DNA from: a virus
Virus record (IMG/VR): IMGVR_UViG_3300028887_000011
Location: 1-51,557 of that record
DNA length: 51,557 nucleotides
Strand: one strand, 5' to 3'
In this document: piece by piece, positions 1 through 7,792 of the stretch
Position numbering within the stretch: position 1 is the first letter of the stretch
How the letters are laid out: each line of letters opens with the position of its first letter
Made by a program: the position numbers and the translations under genes
The notes under the pieces: generated by a model
Told to the model about the DNA's origin: nothing
Databases searched by the model: none
What the model saw: the letters and a program-made list of their open reading frames with translations, nothing else

Positions 1-127
1 AAGAATGGACATTAAATTTGAGAATAAAGGTAAGCAAATTTCAGGAGTATCAAAATATTGGTTGGTATGGTTTATATTCATACTTGTTTTGATGTATATG
101 TTCGATTCAAAATTACCATTATTTCTG
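1..127. repeat. Left copy of the 127-bp terminal direct repeat, identical to 51431..51557
   Basis: Read directly. Both copies run from aagaatggacattaaatttg to aattaccattatttctg. Confidence 0.95.
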
Positions 128-205
128 ATAGTTCCTGCAGTGGTATGTGTGCCAGTTGGAAATCCAATACAAATGATACTGGAGGTAAGAAAATGCTCAA
201 AATAG
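5..205 (+). CDS. Small predicted membrane protein (66 aa, two hydrophobic segments)
   Basis: ATG 5 equals ATG 51435, which follows AGGAGAGG (51421-51428) by 6 nt. Hydrophobic stretches are YWLVWFIFILVLMYMF and LPLFLIVPAVVCVPV. The gene spans the artificial contig junction. Confidence 0.45.
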   Translation: MDIKFENKGKQISGVSKYWLVWFIFILVLMYMFDSKLPLFLIVPAVVCVPVGNPIQMILEVRKCSK

Positions 206-858
206 AAAATGTAGAAACAATGAATTGGAGAGCTGCTATTCGTGGTATGAGAAATCCACTTGAAAGTTGGCATAAATCAGATAGTGGATTTAGTACAGGT
301 AATTTTGATTTGCCATGTATTATAGGTCCTAATGACCTTGATTTAATGCAGAGACTTGCTAATGCAGGTACCGACCATTCAAAGTTCCTTAGAATGATAA
401 CTGTAAGTTTTGATATTTCTGCACCATTATATTGGTGGAAGGAATTTGATACTTATAAAATTGGTACTGTAAGAAACAGCTGCTCTACTATGCATAAGAT
501 AGAATCAAAAGAACTTTGCATACTTGATTTTTCAATCGATGGTTTGGAGTATGAAGATTTAAATGTACTTAAGGTTGTCATAAATCGAATAAACACATTG
601 ATTGATGTATATAATAATCATTTTCAATCTGATGCAGAATACAGAAAACGTCTGCACAGAAGAATAATAAAACTTCTGCCAGATTGTTATATGCAAAGGG
701 CAACAATAACAACCAATTATCAGGTATTAAGGGCAATCAGAAATTCACAAAGAAAAACACATAAGCTTGAAGAGTGGGCAGATGATTTTATGAAATTTAT
801 TGATAGCTTACCATATGCAAAGGAGCTGCTAATTGATGAAAAGAGAACAAATATGTAA
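193..858 (+). CDS. ThyX (Thy1)-fold protein with a degenerate active-site motif
   Basis: ORF 58..858 trimmed to ATG 193 behind GGAGGTAAG (181-189). HSKFLRMITVSFDISAPLYWWKEF and TTNYQVLRAIRNSQR resemble the ThyX core. The RHRxxS...SxR dUMP-binding motif is replaced by TYKIGT...CST. Confidence 0.5.
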   Translation: MLKIENVETMNWRAAIRGMRNPLESWHKSDSGFSTGNFDLPCIIGPNDLDLMQRLANAGTDHSKFLRMITVSFDISAPLYWWKEFDTYKIGTVRNSCSTMHKIESKELCILDFSIDGLEYEDLNVLKVVINRINTLIDVYNNHFQSDAEYRKRLHRRIIKLLPDCYMQRATITTNYQVLRAIRNSQRKTHKLEEWADDFMKFIDSLPYAKELLIDEKRTNM

Positions 859-979
859 GCAACAAATTCATTGTTTAAGTTGCCCTCTATCGATAAGAAA
901 AACAGGAAAAGAATGTTATAGATTAACAGAAAAAGAAATTGAAAAAATAATAAAGGAGAATGAAAAATGCCAGAAATAA
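836..979 (+). CDS. Possible 47-aa Cys-rich small protein, below the ORF-track size cutoff
   Basis: Hand translation gives MKREQICKQQIHCLSCPLSIRKTGKECYRLTEKEIEKIIKENEKCQK. AGGAG lies at 821-825. It overlaps both neighbouring genes. Confidence 0.3.
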   Translation: MKREQICKQQIHCLSCPLSIRKTGKECYRLTEKEIEKIIKENEKCQK

Positions 980-1206
980 TTCGTGTAAATGGAAAAGACT
1001 ATAGTGTTTCTGAAATAAAAGCAGAAATGAAAAGACTTCAGCAAGAAAATGAAGAAATTAAAAAGTTTGCAGAGCAGAGAGATAAAGATGCAAAGATGTT
1101 TGGCAAAGCATGGCAAGAGCTTAGTGATAAAGTAAAGGAACTTGAAAAGTCAGTTGATATTTATAAAACTGTTGCCAATAATCTTCTTGGAAAGGAAATA
1201 ATATAA
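967..1206 (+). CDS. Hypothetical coiled-coil protein (79 aa)
   Basis: ORF with AAGGAG at 953-958 upstream. Charged heptad-like sequence. TAATG overlap with the next gene. Confidence 0.55.
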   Translation: MPEIIRVNGKDYSVSEIKAEMKRLQQENEEIKKFAEQRDKDAKMFGKAWQELSDKVKELEKSVDIYKTVANNLLGKEII

Positions 1207-1571
1207 TGCTCATAATGTTTTTATTAGGTTTGATATTTGGAATAATATTTATTGCAGGCATATTTGCTCTCAGTCGATTAATATTGGAATACCCAGAAGA
1301 AGAAGTAGAAAAGCAGCAGATAAATCACCCAACACATTATAACATTCCTGGACGCAAAGAATGTATTGTGGAAATGGAAGAAAAATTTGGTCCTTTGGCA
1401 GTGTATCATTTCTGTATTTGCAACAATTATAAGTATGTTTACAGAGCTGGAGAAAAAGAAAGCACAACAGAAAGTGATGATATGAAAAAGGCAGGTTGGT
1501 ATGCAAAGTATGCAGATGAAATTTATAAAAGGATAGGTGAAGAAAATAAATGTCAGAGTGGGGAGAACTGA
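1206..1571 (+). CDS. DUF3310-like phage protein with an N-terminal transmembrane segment
   Basis: NHPTHYNIPG...NNYKYVYRAGEK...DDMKKAGWYAKY matches the remembered DUF3310 pattern (HPxHY ... KYxxRxxxK ... DLxKAxWY). Confidence 0.65.
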   Translation: MLIMFLLGLIFGIIFIAGIFALSRLILEYPEEEVEKQQINHPTHYNIPGRKECIVEMEEKFGPLAVYHFCICNNYKYVYRAGEKESTTESDDMKKAGWYAKYADEIYKRIGEENKCQSGEN

Positions 1572-1735
1572 AAGAACAGGTAATAAAAACAAAATACAAA
1601 CTTTATAATGGACAAACAGGCAAATATGTATGTGATAAAAATGGAGATGTAAGAATATTTGATACAAAAGAAGAAATAGTAGCTTATATTCAGCATAACC
1701 ATTTAAGCAATGTATACGAAATCAAACAGGCTTAA
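1550..1735 (+). CDS. Hypothetical protein (61 aa)
   Basis: ORF only. Weak SD. Overlaps the previous gene by 22 nt. Confidence 0.4.
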   Translation: MSEWGELKEQVIKTKYKLYNGQTGKYVCDKNGDVRIFDTKEEIVAYIQHNHLSNVYEIKQA

Positions 1736-1839
1736 TCGAGAACGCCCTATAATTGATTTATTAAAGTTTCAATGATAATTATATTGATTCTTGATAAGTT
1801 GATTATAGGGCTGTTTGTATTTATTTAGGAGGTATTATT

Positions 1840-2184
1840 ATGTACGGTTTAAATTTGAAAATGTTTCAGAAAATATATATTGTTTATGGTGACCCTAAAA
1901 ACCAATGTATATTATCTGCAAAAGTAAGAGGTATTGTTATAAATGCAGATAGAGAAAAGACAAATAAATATTCTGCTTATTTTACTTATAACGATATTAA
2001 GTTTGTTAGAAGCAAAGGAAAAGTATCAAAAACATTAGGCAATGAAATGCTACAATGTGGTTCCGTTGACAATGACTTAATTGACCTTGAGGAACCAGTA
2101 GCAATCAATTCATATGCAATGCATAATTGGCCTGTATTTTCATCAAAAGAAAAGTGCATTGAATATCTCAGGAGGTGCAAATAA
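1840..2184 (+). CDS. Hypothetical protein (114 aa)
   Basis: ORF preceded by TAGGAGGT at 1826-1833. Confidence 0.55.
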   Translation: MYGLNLKMFQKIYIVYGDPKNQCILSAKVRGIVINADREKTNKYSAYFTYNDIKFVRSKGKVSKTLGNEMLQCGSVDNDLIDLEEPVAINSYAMHNWPVFSSKEKCIEYLRRCK

Positions 2185-2185
2185 A

Positions 2186-2524
2186 ATGTCAAAATATTGC
2201 CCCGTTTATAATTGCACTGTTCTTTACATGGATTGTTTGGAATGTGATGAAAAGGCATGTAAATTTATTGCAGCAAGAAACTTAAAAATACGTCCTGGAG
2301 ACATTATTGATGTAAAGACAGTTTTCGGTAAAGAACAAAGATTTATGTACATAGGAAAGCAGAAGATTGATGATTATAAATGCAAAAGAATTATGTATCG
2401 TTTTGAGGACCAAAAAATAATATTTGTCGATTCAGATTTTTTCAAATTGAAGAAAGCAAAATTACAATATTCAGATAAAGAACTTTTAGCCAATATCAGA
2501 AAGGAGCATAGTGATGAAATATAA
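2186..2524 (+). CDS. Hypothetical Cys-rich protein (112 aa)
   Basis: ORF 2114..2524 trimmed to ATG 2186, 7 nt after GGAGGTG (2171-2177). N-terminus is MSKYCPVYNCTVLYMDCLECDEKAC. Confidence 0.55.
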   Translation: MSKYCPVYNCTVLYMDCLECDEKACKFIAARNLKIRPGDIIDVKTVFGKEQRFMYIGKQKIDDYKCKRIMYRFEDQKIIFVDSDFFKLKKAKLQYSDKELLANIRKEHSDEI

Positions 2525-3146
2525 AAAAATCATAATTGGAATTGACCAAAGTTACAAGAATACAGGTATAAGTATATCGGCTCAGTTATTTTCAGGTGAA
2601 ATAAAGTTATTGAAAGTAAGCAGTATATTCCTTGATAAGTTTTGTACTAATTCTCAGAAAAGGGAATATCTTACAAATAAGCTTAAAAGAATCCTTGAAA
2701 AGATAAGTAATAAATCAGGAGACATTGTGTGTATTATCGAACGAATAAGACTACGTTCACAAGGTTTTTTGAATATTGATTATATTAAGTCAATTGGAGC
2801 TTTAAATGCATTGATAGTCGATACAATGGCTTTTTATGGTATTCCAGTTTACTCGGTTGATACAAGATGTTGGAAGTCTCAGATAGTAGGTACATCTAAG
2901 CCAGGAAATCCAAATAATATTTGGAAAATGGAGCCAGAAAAATATCCTACTTTTGAATGGTTAAAAAATACTTATCCTGATTTATTGATGTCTGTTTTTA
3001 TTGATATGACTGAATCAAAGAAAAAGAAAAACGTATTTTCAGAAAATGGAAAATTGTGGAAAATAAATGACGATGCCTGCGATTCTGCTGCCATTTCTAT
3101 GTTTGGATTTTATGGAGAAAAAGATAAATTGAAAATAGAAAAATAG
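2514..3146 (+). CDS. RuvC-like Holliday junction resolvase
   Basis: IIIGIDQSYKNTGISI, IIERIRLRSQG and NDDACDSAAISMF resemble the catalytic D/E/D signature of phage RuvC-type resolvases. AAGGAG lies at 2501-2506. Confidence 0.6.
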   Translation: MKYKKIIIGIDQSYKNTGISISAQLFSGEIKLLKVSSIFLDKFCTNSQKREYLTNKLKRILEKISNKSGDIVCIIERIRLRSQGFLNIDYIKSIGALNALIVDTMAFYGIPVYSVDTRCWKSQIVGTSKPGNPNNIWKMEPEKYPTFEWLKNTYPDLLMSVFIDMTESKKKKNVFSENGKLWKINDDACDSAAISMFGFYGEKDKLKIEK

Positions 3147-3272
3147 AATCCTCCCAGTTATATCCCAGTTAAGCCGTATTTGATTTTTATAGATTAATCA
3201 ATATAGATTCATTCTAAATTTTAGATATGGCTTCTGGCTGATTCTGGTTGATGTTAGAAAGGTGTGTATTTT

Positions 3273-3473
3273 ATGATTATTTATAATTCGATAATAAGGT
3301 GTTGTTATAAGTGTCAGAAAAGATATGTCAAGTATGAAGATGGTAAAGCAATAACTTGTCATAGTTCATGCAAAGAATATAAGGAGCAAAAGGAAAAGTT
3401 TGAAAGAATCAAGGAAAAAGAAAAGGCAGAATATGTATTTTTGTCCCTGAATGAAAGGAGGAGGAAGTTATAA
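3273..3473 (+). CDS. Small Cys-rich protein (CCYKCQ...CHSSC)
   Basis: ORF 3264..3473. ATG 3273 follows AAAGGTG. A GTG 3264 start is also possible. Confidence 0.45.
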   Translation: MIIYNSIIRCCYKCQKRYVKYEDGKAITCHSSCKEYKEQKEKFERIKEKEKAEYVFLSLNERRRKL

Positions 3474-3474
3474 A

Positions 3475-3717
3475 TTGTTATTTACATTTTCTGAAGCAGC
3501 AAAATTATTGAATATTCCGAAAGAAATTTTATATAACTTTGTTGTAGATAACAAACTTTGTTATTATCGGAATTATTCAGATGAGCCAATTAGTTATGCT
3601 AAATATGCAGGAAAAGATTCTTTATTTGTAATTCGTAAAAATGAAAAAGGCAGAAAGAAAAGTTTGCTTACTGAATTTGGATTGAAATATTTTGCAAAGC
3701 AAGACTATAATATATAA
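3475..3717 (+). CDS. Small putative helix-turn-helix DNA-binding protein
   Basis: ORF 3451..3717. ATG 3451 has no SD, whereas TTG 3475 follows AAAGGAGGAGG (3454-3464). FSEAAKLLNIPKEILYNFV looks like an excisionase/MerR-type HTH. Confidence 0.45.
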   Translation: MLFTFSEAAKLLNIPKEILYNFVVDNKLCYYRNYSDEPISYAKYAGKDSLFVIRKNEKGRKKSLLTEFGLKYFAKQDYNI

Positions 3718-3812
3718 TAAATTATAAATTACTATTACTAAGTTACTAAAGTAACTTACTAATACTAATTTATGTATAATATAAAGTAAAATAAAAACTT
3801 TTCTATTTTCTA

Positions 3813-3841
3813 TTGACAAATAAGGAATTGTGTGATATAAT
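3813..3841 (+). promoter_or_regulatory. Consensus sigma-A/sigma-70 promoter P1 (TTGACA, 17 nt, TGaTATAAT)
   Basis: TTGACA 3813-3818, TG 3833-3834, TATAAT 3836-3841. Confidence 0.8.
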
Positions 3842-3928
3842 GTTATTAGTGAAAGAGAAATACCACTAATGATTAAGTGGTTACACAAAGAGTATTAAAG
3901 ATTAATAGAGACAAGGGAGGACCTTATA

Positions 3929-4747
3929 ATGAAAGTATCAGAAGGAAAAGTAAGTGAATCAAAAGTTGTTGAGTATAACAGCATGAATGAATTTTACAAG
4001 TACATCTGTGAAACTCCTTTTAATGACAGTTTCAGATGGGAAAACCATCAGTCAGTAACAGCATCGAAACCATTTACACAGACAGAAAATTTTGACGAGG
4101 CAGTTGAGTTAATGAAGAACGGTTGGCAGGACATGTCCAAGAAGTTAACTCAGAAGCTTAAGGTTGAAGAAAAAAGACTTGAACCTACAACAAAAGCAAA
4201 GAATGTATATGGTGTAGCTGGTTATCAGGCAGTAGTTCCTCTGTATCTGAATGGTGTTCCAACAAATATGATAAGCAGAAAGCAAGTGCCTGTAAAGCAA
4301 AAGGTAATTACACTAAATAAGTGCATAAATTACTCATGGTATGTCAATACAGAAGAAATCATTGAGGAAAGCATAAAGGCATTTACGATTATCAAGAAGC
4401 TTGAAGCTCAGGGATATAGGTGTAACCTTAATGTTATTGTAGCTCCAAGTAAACCTGATTACAGATATGTTGTAAAAATAAGAGTGAAGAACTCAACAGA
4501 AAAGCTGAATCTTTCAAAACTCGCTTTTCCTCTGGTTCACCCATCAATGCTCAGACGTTTATATTTAAGATGGCTTGAAGTATTTCCTGGTGTTCCAAAG
4601 AGTTTCGTTAGTGGCTATGGTGTTCCAATGAAAGTCGATGAAATCAAGAAAACAATCGCACTTGAAAATGGCGAGTATATCCTTCCAGCAAAGATAACAA
4701 AGGATATAAGCAAGATAAATTCAATTGAGGACTTGGGGGACATTTAA
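3929..4747 (+). CDS. Hypothetical protein (272 aa), first gene after P1, upstream partner of the AAA+ ATPase
   Basis: ORF with AAGGGAGGA upstream. No family recognised. No MIDAS DxSxS motif seen. Confidence 0.7.
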   Translation: MKVSEGKVSESKVVEYNSMNEFYKYICETPFNDSFRWENHQSVTASKPFTQTENFDEAVELMKNGWQDMSKKLTQKLKVEEKRLEPTTKAKNVYGVAGYQAVVPLYLNGVPTNMISRKQVPVKQKVITLNKCINYSWYVNTEEIIEESIKAFTIIKKLEAQGYRCNLNVIVAPSKPDYRYVVKIRVKNSTEKLNLSKLAFPLVHPSMLRRLYLRWLEVFPGVPKSFVSGYGVPMKVDEIKKTIALENGEYILPAKITKDISKINSIEDLGDI

Positions 4748-4819
4748 GTCTCCCGCTCCTCGGGAATAAAGTTAAAATAAAAAAATAAAGTTTTTTTGCA
4801 AAATTTTTTCAAAAACCTA

Positions 4820-4848
4820 TTGACAAACCCAAAATTACATGATATAAT
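4820..4848 (+). promoter_or_regulatory. Consensus promoter P2 with extended -10
   Basis: TTGACA 4820-4825, TG 4840-4841, TATAAT 4843-4848. Shares the block ttttcaaaaacctattgacaaa with P6 and P7. Confidence 0.8.
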
Positions 4849-4917
4849 AAATACAGAGATTGAGAGATACAACTCAATCAGAAAATTTAAGTTTCAAGTT
4901 TGAAAGGAAGTATTATT

Positions 4918-6006
4918 ATGGCAAGCACAGTTAATTTTGAGGTAAACAAGATTGGTAAGGCAAACAAACCTGGATTCGTAGTTGCAGAAATCAAGTTTAA
5001 TGACAGCGACAAAGTTTACACTTACGTAAGAAAAGCTTACAATAACAAGTTCATCGTAGACGGAACAGAAATCGAGTTCGATTCTCGCTACAATGTAGTT
5101 TCAATCACTAAGGTGTATGAGACTAAGGGTGTAAAGAAGTCAGACACAAGCAACCAGTCAAAAACATCAAACAAAATAAAATCTGAAATGCAGAAAAGCG
5201 GAATTGAAATTCCTAAGGCAAATCCAATTCCAAACGTTGAGGCAAACAACGGAGAGGTTCACCACGAAAAGTACGATGAAATCAAGGTTTGCTTAGAGTG
5301 TAACATTCCAATATATCTTGCAGGTCCTGCAGGTTCTGGTAAGAATCACACAGTAGAGCAGATTGCAAAGGAACTTGGTTGGAACTTCTACTTTAGCAAT
5401 TCAGTTCAGCAGGAATACAAGCTGACAGGATTCATTGATGCAGGTGGCGACTTCCATGAAACAGAATTTTATAAGGCTTGCACAGATGAAAACGAATGTG
5501 TATTTTTCCTTGATGAAATGGACGCATCAATACCTGAGGTTCTGGTTCTTCTTAATGCAGCAATTGCAAATGGTTACTTTGAGTTTCCTACAGGCAGAGT
5601 AAATCTGAAGCATGTGCACTTTGTAGCAGCAGGCAATACAGTTGGTTCTGGTGCAGATGAAATGTACACAGGCAGAATGGTTCTTGACCAAGCAACACTT
5701 GACAGATTTGCAATCATTGACTTTGATTACTCAATGAGAATAGAAATGGCAATTTCAAAGAACAATGCAGACCTCGTAAGTTTTGTACATGAACTTAGAG
5801 ATGTGGCAGCAGAAAACGGAATTAGAGCTACTTTCTCATACAGATGTATCACAATGGTAACCAAACTTGAAAAGGCAGGTATGGACCTCGTAACAATCAT
5901 CAAAATAGCAGTTATGAAGGGCCTTGACAAAGATACAATCGGTACATTCAATGTATCAAGTGCAACCAAATATGGTAAGGCTCTGAATGAATTAAAGGCG
6001 GCTTAA
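4918..6006 (+). CDS. MoxR/CbbQ-type AAA+ ATPase (AAA_5-like) with a ~120-aa N-terminal extension
   Basis: Walker A LAGPAGSGKNH, Walker B VFFLDEMDAS, then VLLNAAIANGYFEFPTG and AAGNT...DQATLDRF. The ORF-track TTG 4900 was trimmed to ATG 4918. Confidence 0.75.
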   Translation: MASTVNFEVNKIGKANKPGFVVAEIKFNDSDKVYTYVRKAYNNKFIVDGTEIEFDSRYNVVSITKVYETKGVKKSDTSNQSKTSNKIKSEMQKSGIEIPKANPIPNVEANNGEVHHEKYDEIKVCLECNIPIYLAGPAGSGKNHTVEQIAKELGWNFYFSNSVQQEYKLTGFIDAGGDFHETEFYKACTDENECVFFLDEMDASIPEVLVLLNAAIANGYFEFPTGRVNLKHVHFVAAGNTVGSGADEMYTGRMVLDQATLDRFAIIDFDYSMRIEMAISKNNADLVSFVHELRDVAAENGIRATFSYRCITMVTKLEKAGMDLVTIIKIAVMKGLDKDTIGTFNVSSATKYGKALNELKAA

Positions 6007-6022
6007 AAACCGCCTCCCCCGT

Positions 6023-6097
6023 TGGGGTATGGCCAAGAGGTAAGGCATCAGACTTTGACTCTGTGTACCGTGAGTTCGATTCTCACTACCCCAACCA
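6023..6097 (+). tRNA. tRNA-Gln (anticodon UUG) with encoded CCA
   Basis: Hand-folded cloverleaf. Acceptor TGGGGTA/TACCCCA with the U1-A72 pair typical of bacterial tRNA-Gln. Anticodon loop CTTTGAC. T-arm GTGAG-TTCGATT-CTCAC. Confidence 0.85.
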
Positions 6098-6102
6098 ATA
6101 AT

Positions 6103-6189
6103 GTCTCTGTGGTGGAATTGGCAGACACGATTGACTCAAAATCAATTATCTGAAAAGATGTACGAGTTCGACTCTCGTCAGAGGCACCA
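6103..6189 (+). tRNA. tRNA-Leu (anticodon CAA), class II long variable arm, encoded CCA
   Basis: Acceptor GTCTCTG/CAGAGGC. Anticodon stem ATTGA/TCAAT with loop CTCAAAA. Variable arm ATCT-GAAA-AGAT. T-arm ACGAG-TTCGACT-CTCGT. Confidence 0.85.
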
Positions 6190-6219
6190 GCTTACACCAG
6201 TTTGATTCTTTGGTGTAGC
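6190..6219 (+). other. Hairpin immediately 3' of the tRNA pair (TACACCA/TGGTGTA stem)
   Basis: gcttacaccag-tttgattct-ttggtgtagc. Sequence is related to the arms of the 10345..10438 element. No U-tract follows. Confidence 0.4.
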
Positions 6220-6291
6220 AATATAAATATAAAGGGAGGCCATCAAAATGAATAAAAATGGCTTTACAGTTACTCAGAGGAGGACAAGAAT

Positions 6292-6618
6292 ATGTCAATA
6301 AAAATGAGAATTTCAAAAGAAAAACATGCATGTTGCAATGCCTGTGGTAATGATGAAAAACAATCTGTTGTAATGTTCGACATGCGATTGGCCATAAAAG
6401 GTCAAAATGGGCTTGTATTACATCTGTGCGATAGGTGTGTATCTGAAATGATGGACAAAACACTCAAGGCAAGATGTATGGTTGACGGCATGGTAAAATC
6501 ACCACAGCAGATGCGTGTAATTAACGGCAGAAAGCAGGCAGAAATGAGACAGAGAGAGAAGGCAGAAGCTGAAATGGTAAACAAGATGAAAGAGAGGTAT
6601 GTAGGCGATGGCGATTAA
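6292..6618 (+). CDS. Hypothetical zinc-ribbon-like protein (CCNACG...CDRC)
   Basis: ORF with AGAGGAGG (6276-6283) 8 nt upstream. Confidence 0.6.
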   Translation: MSIKMRISKEKHACCNACGNDEKQSVVMFDMRLAIKGQNGLVLHLCDRCVSEMMDKTLKARCMVDGMVKSPQQMRVINGRKQAEMRQREKAEAEMVNKMKERYVGDGD

Positions 6619-6949
6619 TCAAAAAGAACTTATCTTGCGAGAATATGAAGAAAAGCAATGTATAGCATTTGTGTATGTTTTATATTCAGAAAAGCAAGAA
6701 GAAATTGCACGTTTCATGTACAGAAAACAGAGTCCGCAGAAGTGGAAAATAATTGCCTTTATCCCCGACTGTTTAACAACAGATTTTCTTTCAATGGTAC
6801 AATTTATCTTTGAATTACCAAAAGAGAAAATGCCGCTTGAAACAATTGCTGCTATTGGTGTTTCCTTGTTTCAGATTCAGCTCAAAGAACAGATACAGAC
6901 ATATACCAATCTTGACTTTGATATAGGTCAAGTGATAAAGGACATGTAA
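6608..6949 (+). CDS. Hypothetical protein (113 aa)
   Basis: ORF only. Overlaps the previous gene by 11 nt. Confidence 0.5.
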   Translation: MAINQKELILREYEEKQCIAFVYVLYSEKQEEIARFMYRKQSPQKWKIIAFIPDCLTTDFLSMVQFIFELPKEKMPLETIAAIGVSLFQIQLKEQIQTYTNLDFDIGQVIKDM

Positions 6950-6950
6950 C

Positions 6951-7430
6951 ATGAAGAGGTCTGGAAAATTTTATCGGAAAAATGAGGCCGAGGTGATGAA
7001 ATTACTTGGCTTTGAACCTACACCAAATTCTGGTTCGGGGTGGGTAGTAAAAGAGGACGGTATTTCAGAAGAGTGTTTGTGTCAATTGAAATCAACAGAT
7101 GCAAATAGTATCAAGATAAATAAAAGGGATATTGATACATTGCTTTATAATTCAAATGTGGCTCGTAAATTACCTGTGTTTGCGATTCAATTTTTGCAAA
7201 GCAATGAAATATATTTGGTGTTAAAACCAGAAGATTTGCAAGATGCAGCAAGGTACATAAAAACAGGAGAATATACCACAAATGAAGAATTTGTAGGTAT
7301 TGATATAAATGCACTTGAAGAAGAAAAACCGAACATAAAATGCAAGGTAAAATCAAGTGTAAGTGCTCGTGAAAAGTATAATCGCGAATGGCTAAATAAA
7401 TTTGAAAAGAAAGGAAAAAGTGCAAAGTGA
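6951..7430 (+). CDS. Putative Hjc-like / PD-(D/E)xK-fold nuclease
   Basis: NEAEVMKLLGF...PNSGSGWVVKEDG...CQLKST loosely fits the E...SG...D...(E/Q)xK layout of archaeal-type resolvases. The function call is weak. Confidence 0.35.
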   Translation: MKRSGKFYRKNEAEVMKLLGFEPTPNSGSGWVVKEDGISEECLCQLKSTDANSIKINKRDIDTLLYNSNVARKLPVFAIQFLQSNEIYLVLKPEDLQDAARYIKTGEYTTNEEFVGIDINALEEEKPNIKCKVKSSVSAREKYNREWLNKFEKKGKSAK

Positions 7431-7792
7431 ATATAAAAGTAAAACAGATTGTAAAGTACGATGGGCATAGCTTATATGCTAATGGTTCTGTCAATTTCAA
7501 TCTGAAATCGGGATATGATGAGCTTGCAAATTCAGTAAAGCTAATGCAAATGCTCAACAATGATGTGAGAATAAAAGCAAAGATAGGCTCAGGCAAAGCA
7601 ATGAACTTAGGTTCTTTCAGAATAAAGCAAATTGTTATTGACGGCGACGGCGAATCCAAGCTTAAGTTTAATGGGCTTAACGATTATGTCGAAATGGATA
7701 ACCTTAATTTGCTTCCGCTTAATACTGACGATGCTCAGCTATTCACTGTGCTCTTTGAAGCAGATATTGAAGAAGAGGAGGACGAAGAATAA
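7427..7792 (+). CDS. Hypothetical protein with an acidic C-terminus (EEEEDEE)
   Basis: GTG start overlapping the upstream stop (GTGA). Confidence 0.5.
   Translation: MNIKVKQIVKYDGHSLYANGSVNFNLKSGYDELANSVKLMQMLNNDVRIKAKIGSGKAMNLGSFRIKQIVIDGDGESKLKFNGLNDYVEMDNLNLLPLNTDDAQLFTVLFEADIEEEEDEE

Noticed and set aside
58-192. N-terminal extensions offered by the ORF track (58..192, 38612..38686, 39497..39577, 42267..42380, 50018..50056, 23411..23461, 2114..2185)
   Set aside because: In each case an internal ATG sits 6-10 nt after a GGAGG-type SD, while the upstream start has none. Several extensions would begin inside a promoter or terminator, or deep inside the preceding gene.
1746-1825. CCCTATAAT ... 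ATTATAGGG inverted repeat, and weak TTGATT/-10-like matches, in the 1736-1839 gap
   Set aside because: The stem is only 9 bp with a ~55-nt AT-rich loop. The promoter-like hexamers have non-optimal spacing. In this base composition these are compatible with chance.
3152-3171. Direct repeat TCCCAGTTA x2 (3152-3160 and 3163-3171) after the resolvase gene
   Set aside because: It is short, occurs once, and no associated structure or gene logic could be established by eye. It is noted but not supported as a feature.
6023-6189. Suppressor tRNA or stop-codon reassignment
   Set aside because: The anticodons are UUG (Gln) and CAA (Leu), both sense-reading. Long genes (terL, dnaE, tape measure) are uninterrupted under the standard code.
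7111-7659. 182-aa minus-strand ORF, and other minus-strand ORFs over 100 aa (24211..24591, 24607..24966, 28964..29389, 35215..35682, 41800..42156, 46562..47053, 50169..50549)
   Set aside because: All are antisense to + strand genes that have motifs or good SD sites. Their products are Leu/Phe/Ser/Ile-rich mirror-frame artefacts of AT-rich or acidic coding sequence.
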